A DNA stretch of 51,806 nucleotides, counting the filler, from Trypethelium eluteriae (Eukaryota): NCBI GenBank assembly GCA_051942245.1. It is 2 parts of 2 records of this genome, joined end to end, with 100 filler letters (N's around TTAATTAATTAA, not from the genome) between each part and the next. Parts side by side here need not be neighbours in the genome. Positions count along the whole stretch, not along the records: positions 25,988 to 51,806 come from JAVECL010000363.1; 1 more part is not named here. One strand, written 5' to 3'. The position numbers and the translations under genes are program-made. Within the stretch, counting starts at the first letter, position 1; each line of letters begins with the position of its first letter. Below the pieces are notes generated by a model. It ran no database searches. It had not been told where the DNA came from and saw only the letters and a program-made list of their open reading frames with translations. Below are positions 37,350 through 47,119 of the stretch, in pieces.

Positions 37350-37780
37350 CCAGCCCGAGACTCCGACGTAAACCAAGAATCTGTTTGGCCTGCCAACTTG
37401 CATTTGCTTGGCCTCTTCCATCGACTTTTTCACGGTCCTGTCCATTGGTGGTCTGTTAGGTTCCATCGATGGGCCTTTTGAGCTTAAGCGCGCCGGGCTT
37501 CCGTACATCGTAGCTCCTTGCTCTCCTGGACTCAATCGTCAATATCTAGTTTCGTTCTCGGCCCTCTAGTCACGACTACTGACAGCTGCCTGACCAAAGC
37601 CCGATGCCTGCTAAAAGCGGCTGCATGACGAAGCTTCCAATGTGTTGGCGTTACGTGCTTGCGTCGATGCATCCATTTTTGAGGATTGCATTCCCAGTAT
37701 TCGGAACGTGGAGCTCGATTACCTCCGCTACTGCTCCGTTGATCGTCTTCAACCCCTCCGATGCTTAAAGTTCAGTTTCC
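37350..37780 (+). pseudogene. Probable decayed F-box-like gene
   Basis: NLFGLPTCI, later AC*KRLHDEASNVL (LLxxCRQxxxEAxxxLY-type motif), with stops. Confidence 0.35.
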
Positions 37781-40700
37781 ATGTATGGAGCTAGCTGTGA
37801 AAAAGACAAAGATGACCCACTAATGGGATGAATATGTCAAAATGTACTTGCTTTAAGAAAGTTAGTACCGGCAGCAACAAGGCTATACATACGACTGTTG
37901 TGCGTTGCGAAACGAAGTTCCACTTCGTGGAAAATATCAAAAAAGAAGTCAAGTAAGGATGATCATACCAAGACTCAACGCACCTTGAAATGGGTGGGTA
38001 CAACACTAAAGAATGTTCTTGAGGTCTGAAAGGCGCCACCAGCGGCTTGTCAAACAATAGGATAGCTATCCCAAGATAGCGAAAGAGACCGAGCGGAAAG
38101 AAAAAGCGAGACAATCAAGATAATCGAACGAAGGAAATGAAAGGAAAAAGGGGAAAAGCGTGTGCCTCTACTTTAGATGGATGTTGATCAATAATCTTCG
38201 AGCTCTACATCGCTCGAAGCCAGCCGGTCCCAGTTGTCATCTTCCGCTTCAGCACCGGAACCTTGCTATAACTGGTGCTGTTCCCTCGTCGTGTTAAGAT
38301 TCCAACGACAATCCTGGGCTGTGTGCTGAATATGCAGGCTGTCGACTGGCAGTACGAACCCCTATATTTTTCGAAGGCTACCTATTGTCTTTCCTCACTT
38401 CAACACGACTCGCCAAGATAAGTTGCCGTAGATGGGATTCGTCAACAGGACACAATCAGAGTCGGAATATCAAGAAGAAAACTCTTTTCCAAACCAGTGC
38501 CCTCAGATTTTACTCTCCGTCCAAGGCCACCACCTCGTTATCCCACGTCAAAAGATTGCCGCCATGGCGCTTCCCAAATTTCAGACAGCATGTCCGTGCC
38601 CAGGACAACACGAGCATTCAAGAAAAGCCTGTCCGCAGAGACTGCGCCCTTGTGAAGATTTGATTTGGATAGTGCTGAGCGACTGCGCAGATCTTATTAT
38701 GCAGAACCGTTAATTTCCACCGCTTAGACTTCGAAATACCATCCGAACACTATGGATATAAGCGACTCCCGACCGATTAATTGGATTTCCAGAAAGATCA
38801 GTCGGTTTTCCGGAGGCACCGGTTGGTTTGCCAGAAGGAACGGTTGATGCCGTCAACCATATTGCCCAGGATTCGACGCAATCCCTGAGATGAGACAGCA
38901 CAAGCGCGTTTCAAACTATACTTCAAAATCTTCAATAAGTGCAAGCATGAGGAAACTCTACCGTCCATCTGGCCCGGTCTTGTCTCGGGGATCTCAATAT
39001 CACAGGTCTTGGCCAGCACTGTATGGCACATGAGCACATACATCTCCTGACCTTGAAGGGCTTTTTCTACCACCGGGAAAAGGGAGAGCTGCAAGTCTGG
39101 AGAACGAGGAAAACTCCTCTACGAATCAAATCCGCCTTATCCTGAAGACTGTGTTTGCAGGATGAGATATCCTTCCTGATCCGCGTGAAGCTTTCTTCGA
39201 TCAGCTAATCGAATCTCTGAGTCTTGTTGTATTCATCTACGTTTATTTCTGGACGGCTGACTTTCCGATCCTCGCGGACTGTCGAAAAACGTTAGACCCC
39301 TAGGATGCCGATCTCATTGTCCTGCAATAGGCAGTACATCTGCCAGAAGCGATCGGCTAATGGCCACTCTTTGGAATCTTTCGGAGAGCCAGAACAGAGC
39401 TTTACCCTCGGGCATTCAACCATATGGCCTGGATTTTCCTGCGATGTACCCGGGCATTCCACATTGTTATCTTGCGATATTCTCAACCTAACTTCCGGAC
39501 GGGAACTTTTCAATACTGCAACACTATCTTTTCCGTTGGAAGGTTCCAAGATCGGCCAAAGGGGACAGCCTGAAGAACGATGGCTCATACTAGAGCGGTA
39601 GTAGCTTAGCCCAACGACATTTCCGCTGGATTGGTTCGTTCGGTCTGGATGATGCTGGGCGATGCGGTCTTAGGCTACATCCAGCCATGTTGTGTGAATA
39701 GGTTGCTCTTATCATGGTGCTTTTAGAGATTTCCATCGAACCTTCCGCTTACGCTATGCGCGGAGCTGAACTCTTATGTTCTCGCTGCTCTTCGCCCCTT
39801 CGGTATCACCTCTTCATTTCCTTCCGCCATCATCTCGTGAGAGGGATTTGGAACTGATGACAATAACAGTGCTGTTGGATCTGGGTGGCGACATTGGGTT
39901 TGGTGAAGCGTTCGCGCACTCTTCCTTGACCTAGGAGCAATGCATCTCGGGATCATCTGGCGATACAAGCTAGGAATTATGTCTTTATCGTTGTCTGTTT
40001 CCGATCTTGGTAGGCGAATCCGATACTTCGAAGTCGGACAGCGGACTATCAGAGAGCTTCATTGCGCCGAGCTATCCTGGTGATGAGATGATCGAGCGAC
40101 TGGTTACGTGGATGACTGGACGAAGATATGATCGGACCAGCTCTGGACCGTCACATGGTAATTTGGCAACAAACATGATCGGGACATTGAAGCTGGTTGT
40201 GAAATCGCCTCGGTTGTGTGGGGGCTCTTGACCTTTTCTCTTGCATTCTCTGGACTCCCGGACAACCTTTCACAAGCGCGGAACGGTTTTTGAGGACGCT
40301 GAACTAGGCCGTTTGAGTCGCTGGACTGAAGCCTTGTTGACATTCCCCTTGGCTTTGATCAATCAACGTCGGATGAGATGCGCCAGCTCTCCCTCTCGAT
40401 CCAGTCACTTAAACAACGGTGACTTGAAGTGCTCCCTGCTCTTACTGATTCCCTTGCGGTTGCTACACTGCAATCGTGCTCCCAGATCTCAAAGGACTCC
40501 ATAGTTTGTCTTCGACATTGCGAGGGTTTGTGGAGTGACTCCGGGGTGCAGTGGATCCCAGCGGCGGAATTTACATGTCAACCCACTCCCACTGTCGAAA
40601 ACAAGCGAACAGCCTGAACTGGAGACATTGATGATGACATTGGTTTCCTGCCTCCATCGTGCGCAGAACAACGAATACCCTTGTTCGGCATGTGACGTTT

Positions 40701-43619
40701 CCCTCCTTAACTCCAATTCAAATATGTCTTATCTGGGCTCAAGGGAAGTGTTTTCTGTTCCATAGTCATCCTCCAAAATCGATTTCAGCGAGAGCCAAAT
40801 GTTATCGACATAGCATTGCGTTGGGTCGAATGTTAAGATGGAGGTTGGATAGGAACCCGCAGTATCGCATCGTTGCCGGATATTTGGAGGACTAAGGCTG
40901 CCAAGCCTGCGTTTCGACTGCAGTCGTACCAGTCTCGGAACTGAATCTTGCTAGTAAAGGGTAGGATCGTCATCCCGATGATCCGCACATTGTATCAAGG
41001 CATCGAAAAGTAGCATCGGCAAGCTTTGACGTTCATAGCCTCGAGACATTCCGTCCTCCAGCAAGCCACAAAAGATCTGAATATGGAGCGCGCAGGATCT
41101 TTGATCTGGCTGCTGAGTAGGTGAAGGTTTTCGTTGAAGGCACTCATCCGACCGTGTGTATCTGGAAGGCAGAGCTGCTGCTATCTCTACTCTCTCAAGG
41201 CTGTTTTCACTGGATTGATCTTCCTAGAGGTCTGACACACCGTCCTATAGCTGGAAGTCGACAGTGTTGCTTTTCACTGGTGTCGTGCATGGCAAAAGAC
41301 TATTTCGGGATCAAATTGCATCGGTCCTGACTTCCTGTCGCTGTCCGGCTGCGGCATCCTGGAGAAAATCTATGTTTCAGGACGCCATAATGTAAGACTA
41401 GCTCTTCGCTGTGTCCAAGTCCAAGCACTTGAGAGCTCTGGCAGAGTTGTTGTGGTTTCCTGCGTATGCGTGCCGGAGTAGGAGCAATAAAGACTTCCGC
41501 GAATATGGTTGCCGCTGCTGGTTCCCGTACAATACACAAAGCCGAGCGGATGACAGCATACAGTGTGTTTGACCGACTATTTTAGAGCCTGGAGCGAGTT
41601 GGTCCTCAAGAATCGACGCCGCTTTTCAAATAAAGACAAGGACACGCGCAAGTATGGCTGTCGAAATAGGGTTGACCTACTTTGACCCCATCACGACCCT
41701 TTCGCTCAACCGCAAACTTGATTCACGTGACCGGCGAGCCATGCTCGTATCCCATCTGGAGTATCAATCAGATTACGGAAGCGCTTGAGAAGAATACAGT
41801 TGGTCTGCAGTATGCGTCTAGCAAGATTTCCGCATAGTCCTTCAGGACCTCCTGCAATCAGACGTCTCCTCAAACGTAAGATAAGCCAAAGTCTATTTAG
41901 GTCGAGAGATTTTTGCATCATCGTACTACTTCTCCGCTGCCTCCTATTCCTGGAACGGAGCTAAATTACCAATGCCTCTGCGTGAGAAAATGCTACTGTA
42001 CGTGAAAAGGTGGAAAGGCTTGACAAAGCCCCATGTGACAGACGCATATCAACAATGCAGCACCCGATATCTACTGCCGTGGCAATGTTTAGTTATGAGG
42101 GCATCGGATGACTGTCTAAACGCTACGGATACCATTGATCCACTTCAGGATTTTGCTGAGACTCATGTCTGTGAGCCAGCACAACGATGTCAACTGCAGA
42201 TATACCTCCACCTGTAAACAACCAAATCATTGCAGACAATCGTGGCACCACCTTTGTCTGACCGTCCCCAGCTGTCAATTCAGCTACAGCCACAATTCAA
42301 CTGACACTACGCTGAGTTACTGGTTAGACAGCTTCAGGATGGACACTATGAGTCTCCATCATGCGAGAAGCATGATGTCAGAAGTGCGGCATTGAAGGAA
42401 GATATTTTATCATTTCTCGTGCTACGTATCATGACCAGACCTTGAAACCAGGCTTCCGGCTGAAGGGAATTTGCATTGCACCACTTGCCCTTGTACACCC
42501 TTCAGTTGCTCTACCTTCAGAAAAATCCCAGTCGCTCCTTTCTTTCTGCTCGTCGACGATTGAATACATTAAGACAAAGGTGTCACATCTGTGCGTGGAT
42601 CGGTAGCTTCTTATCCTCGGCGAGTGATTACTCCTGGACCTGTTCATCAATGACGTCTCCAACTTTGAATACGGCGTAGCTGGGCAGCGAATCAAAGCCA
42701 GCAGTCTTCCTCTCGTCGTATACTCATCTGTTAACGACAAAGCGCGCGCTTCTTCAGGGTTATTGGGGCACATACGGATCTAGTGTCTCGAAAGAACGCC
42801 GAGCGAAATGCCTGTGATCGTCGTGCGGCTCAGCGAACTCGGCCTCGCCCTGGCGGGGACGATTTCTACATCTTGAATAGAGTATTGTCATTGTTCCAGC
42901 TATTAGCCAACACGCAAGGCATTCAAAAGGGGCTTTGGGCGATCCCATACTTAGTGCTTTTAGACGATTGCCTCCTGTCATGACGACAGATACTCATAAG
43001 TTTGCCAATCGGCAGCATCGGTAATGCTAGTCGATGAGGCTCGGACGGTCCTTGTGGGAAAGCATAGTACTGGAGCTTGTACATGCGAATATCCCTATTT
43101 CCGGCTACGTACGGCGAACTCCTACGTGGAACTGCGTCAGCTGGGACTTAAAATATGGGGAGAGCATGAAAATGTGCTGTCCCAAAACGATTGCGAGTCA
43201 GAATCAAGTGTATATTTCCCGAAGGACATCATTAACCTTCAGCAACTCAAACCAGCTATAATGCGGTTTGAGTGCTTGAAGGTTCAGGGCTCTTTGGTTT
43301 CCATCATTCTTGCGGTGATTTCGGAGACATGCTTGCTGTACTGATGTTTGTGGAAAGCTCGACTTACCCAATAATGTCGAGATGTTATGATCGTGGGCCA
43401 ATGCTACTCGATTGGTACCTGTTTGCGCAATAATTCAGCCATCGGACGCCTCATAGTAGCCGGGCAGCGTGGAGAAACCTATCATGTCTAAAACCTAGAT
43501 TTACAAAAAGTGGACTTACAGCACTCCATCTGCTTTCCCCAATCGACGTACGAATCAGCAACAACAGAGCATTCCAAGCATGCTGCGTCGCACTGCAAGG
43601 AACTGAAGGGATCGAGGCA

Positions 43620-44510
43620 AAGTCAGCGAGCGTTACATCCCTCGGTGACATAATAGAGAGAAAAATGGTCCTCAGACGCAGCTCATTATTTTCACGTCAT
43701 TGTACCAAGTCACCGGACGGCGAGACATTTCCAAGGATGCCCACGCCCACACCAAGGTGGAGGGATATCTCTCAGGATGCTCTCTACCGGAGAATGCCGC
43801 TCGATCTCCATACTGTTCTTCGCAGAACCCCTAGTATCCGCGGAGTTTACGGACTACTGGAGATTTTTCCATCCGTCATCGGACACGAATGCACAAATGA
43901 TTAGGCTGGGAAAACCAGAGTACCTCACCTTGGCTGATCGTTTCGGGTAACCTATTCCCATTGACCGAGGTCAGCAAAAGTCGCATCCAGGGGCGGCATA
44001 ATGCGGAGAAAAAAATTCTCAGAGTTAAAATAATCATTGTGTCGTCAAACGGCGGTCGGTTTCTTAGTTGGTTATAATCTTCATCATCGGACTCGTGTGC
44101 ATATTGCTAAATAATTGGCTAGGAAAACTAGGGTACCTCACCTTCGCTGTCAATTTTTTTAATGCAGTCCTAGTACCCTGGAGTGATTGATCGAGGTCAG
44201 CAAATGTTGCATTTAAGGGCGGCATAATAATACAGAGGAAAATAGTCCTCAGACCAGCTCTCAATTTTGACGTCAATGTACCAAGTCACCAGACGGCAGG
44301 ATATCTCCAAGGATGCCCACACCAGGATGGCGGAATATCTCTCAGGGTATCCTTTACCGAAGAATGGCGCTCAGCTTAATCTCAGTTGTTCTCTCAGTCT
44401 ATTTTTTGTTTTTCGAGGCCGGGAACGTCGACCTCGACATCATCGGACGCGGATGCATACTGCTAAATGATTGCGCTAGGAAAAGTAGGGTGCCTCACCT
44501 TCGCTGTCAA
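43620..44510. repeat. Three diverged tandem copies of a 200-330 bp unit
   Basis: Shared blocks gtcagc..cataat..ctcaga (about 43620, 43970, 44195) and catcggac..gaaaa..cctcacctt.gctg (about 43880, 44085, 44440). The middle copy is internally deleted. Confidence 0.85.
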
Positions 44511-45170
44511 AACATGCAGTCCAGCATGAGTGTGTATGCCTGTCTCGCCAGATATTAGCAAATTTCTGACGTCAGGGAATTTGTGGCATTGCAACGACAG
44601 ATTTTTCCCGCTTGTTCAGACATTCGCGATGAGAAGTTTTCATAAAGAGATCGACGTTGCCCGTTCAAGAAAACCGGTAAAAGGCGACGGCATTACAATC
44701 AGGTCGGGGCGCGGTCTCTCAAAAATGTCTGCGCGATAAAGAATATGATCATCGATCAGGAAGGCGTACAACTCAAAAAAGAGCGTTATTGAACAGCTTT
44801 CATGCAAGCTTGACGTACCTGAAGAGTCAAGTCGAAACGCCATGTCTCCTGCAAGCCGACGATGTATACAGCGCAAACCGTTCGTGCAAGCGAGTGATCG
44901 AGATCTGTCTCAGCAGAGTATTAGCATTTGTCTACCATTTGACCCTTACCACTGCCAAGAGTTCATCGACCAGCGTCTGCGCCTGCCTCTCAGACTACTA
45001 CCGATTTTCGTTGAATTGTCGTCATCCGCAAGCCCAAGGCTACAGGAAACATCATGCGAAATTGTGGTCATCATCCGACAGACGCATGGGCGAAGAACTT
45101 CATGGAAAAAGTTACAGACTTACCGGAAAATGCGATATGGATACCATGACGACAACGGCAGGCACCGGTA

Positions 45171-45278
45171 CCCTTCAACGTCGTGCCCAGAGCAGAACCT
45201 TTTAACGCCATGCTCAGGGCGGAGCCTTTTAACGCCGTACTCATGGTGGAGCCTTTTAATGCCATGCTCGGGGCCGTT
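45171..45278. repeat. 27-bp minisatellite, 4 diverged copies
   Basis: Consensus ccttttaacgccatgctcagggcggag; units start at 45171, 45198, 45225 and 45252. Confidence 0.9.
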
Positions 45279-45439
45279 GACGGTTGAGTAAAATGATTTT
45301 TATAAGATTTGCTTAAATACAGAATGGCCTCACAAGAACTTGAATGGGATAAGGAAATGCCAAAGCTCTGTCGAAGCCTACCACCCTTACGTAACAAGAC
45401 TGTTGATGCCGCGACGGAATTCAGAATAATGCCCAACAC

Positions 45440-45661
45440 CAACAGTCAGTATATCCACCATCAAGAACACGGGCAGACCGAGGCGACAGATATATCTGGC
45501 TCGCTCCATCAACCCAGTATTATCCTCCAACAGACCCGAACTTCTTATTCTTTATCTTGCGCCCGGCGTGGATAGTGTGCAAAGCGAGTTGAGGGAGAGG
45601 ACCAGATATGTATGACGCCTTGGACTGTCCTCGTCCTCGAGAATGGATATGCTGGTTATTG
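45440..45661. repeat. Diverged inverted repeat, 74-bp arms, 74-bp spacer
   Basis: 45440-45513 versus the reverse complement of 45588-45661: 53/74 identical, ungapped, counted by hand. Confidence 0.8.
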
Positions 45662-45722
45662 TCGCCAAGGGGCCTCACGCTAAGGCCACACACCCGTAAG
45701 AGCCCCAGGAATGCTTTGGAGC

Positions 45723-45905
45723 TCAAGGCTCTGGATGGCCTTGATTTGTTGGTCCAGTTTGATAGTTGACCGGTCCCCCGGGGTTCGCCATCTCGCGGTT
45801 GTACCGCCGGATCTCTCTGACGATGTCGTAGAAGGCATTGTCAACGTCGATGCGGGATTTGGCCGACGTTTCCATGAACTTGCAGCCAAAGTTGTGCGAG
45901 AGGCC
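45723..45905 (-). pseudogene. RAS1: Isolated fragment of Ras1/RasA (G5 box plus helix 5)
   Basis: [39 protein letters not shown] is near-identical to fungal Ras1. G1-G4 boxes and CAAX are absent. Confidence 0.92.
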
Positions 45906-46433
45906 CAAGGGTGGAGGGGGCTCCAGTATCGTGGACCAGGGCGGCAATGTCTGAGATATGGCCAATGACCATCTTGACTATGCCCTTGCTGTCGTTGCTG
46001 TCCAGGTGCTTGAGAATGTGAAGAGTGGTCGAATTGACTCGGTGGGACACCCTGGTGACCAAAGGGATCATAGTGTTTTTGCGTAAGCGCCGAGGTTTCT
46101 TGCCGGGCATTCGCTTGGCCATAGAAGGGGTGACCCTCAATCGACGACGATCTGAGCGTCGGCTCTGAGGACACTTCGAACCTCGCCCAGGAGCTTTCTT
46201 GAGTGTAGCCTCATCCTCTACGACACCGTCTTCGCCATTGGCTTTCTTCTCGGCAATGAGTTTGAGGACGCGCTGCCCTTCCTTGTCAAGCTCGATTGGC
46301 TCATCCATGATTTGGCCAAAGTTCTGGCCCCTCTGGGGCACCGAGCGCGACGGTTCGACCTCATGCTTCGTTCTTGGTGCCTTCTCGACATCGTCGCCCT
46401 CGTCTTCGTCTTCGCCCACGTCGCCCTCCAACA

Positions 46434-46595
46434 GAGCTGCGGAGGGAGGCGGCAGGGGCGCCGAGGAAGAGGATACGCTGTTCAACAAGTTGGCGACGGA
46501 TCCCTCGGTCGCAGCCTTGTTGGAGGGATCCGCTGCCAACTTCTTGAACAGCGGATCTTCCTGCTTGGCGCCCCTACCGCCTCCCTTCGCAGCTC
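46434..46595. repeat. Hairpin inverted repeat, 73-bp arms, 16-nt loop
   Basis: 46434-46506 versus the reverse complement of 46523-46595: 63/73 identical, ungapped. Confidence 0.95.
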
Positions 46596-46844
46596 CGCCG
46601 TCTTCGCCAGGGCTCCACTTCTCGAGGACGGCCTGCAGGTGCCGGCTTGAGCCGGCCCTGCGATTGGCTGGCCCGTCCTCGCTCTCCGAGTCCTCGCCTC
46701 ATGCTCCCGACCTCAGAGGGTAGTTTCTTCTTGTGGGACGGGGGACCAGATTTCAATGGTCGCGATTGAGCTCGGTTTGCTTCCATAGCATTCTTTAGAT
46801 TCGCCGCGAGCTCCTTGTTCTCGTCATTGAGCTTTCGAATCCTA

Positions 46845-47119
46845 TGCCCTCCACAGAGTCCGAAGACTAATGAAACATGATTGTTAGCGGAGTCATATGT
46901 CAAGACTTCCATCGTGCTCACCTCTGTGGAGCCTTCCGACTCCTGGGCCTCTCTTGCAGGCCCCGTCGTCCCCCTCCTCCCTCCGCCTCACTCGTGCCCT
47001 CCACAGAGTCCGAAGACTAATGAACATGATTGTTAGCGGAGTTATGTGTCAAGGCTTCCATTATACTCACCTCTGTGGAGCCCTCCGACTCCTTGGCCTC
47101 TCTCGCAGGCTCCGTCCTC
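46845..47119 (-). repeat. Tandem duplication of an exon-intron-exon unit (about 125 bp, 150-bp period)
   Basis: 46845-46970 and 46995-47119. Each copy contains GTGAG..GCTAAC..TTAG on the minus strand. Confidence 0.93.

Noticed and set aside
45171..45278. CRISPR-like array or amyloid signalling motif
   Set aside because: There are no spacers, the context is eukaryotic, and the peptides lack the N/Q/G pattern of HRAM, PP or sigma motifs.
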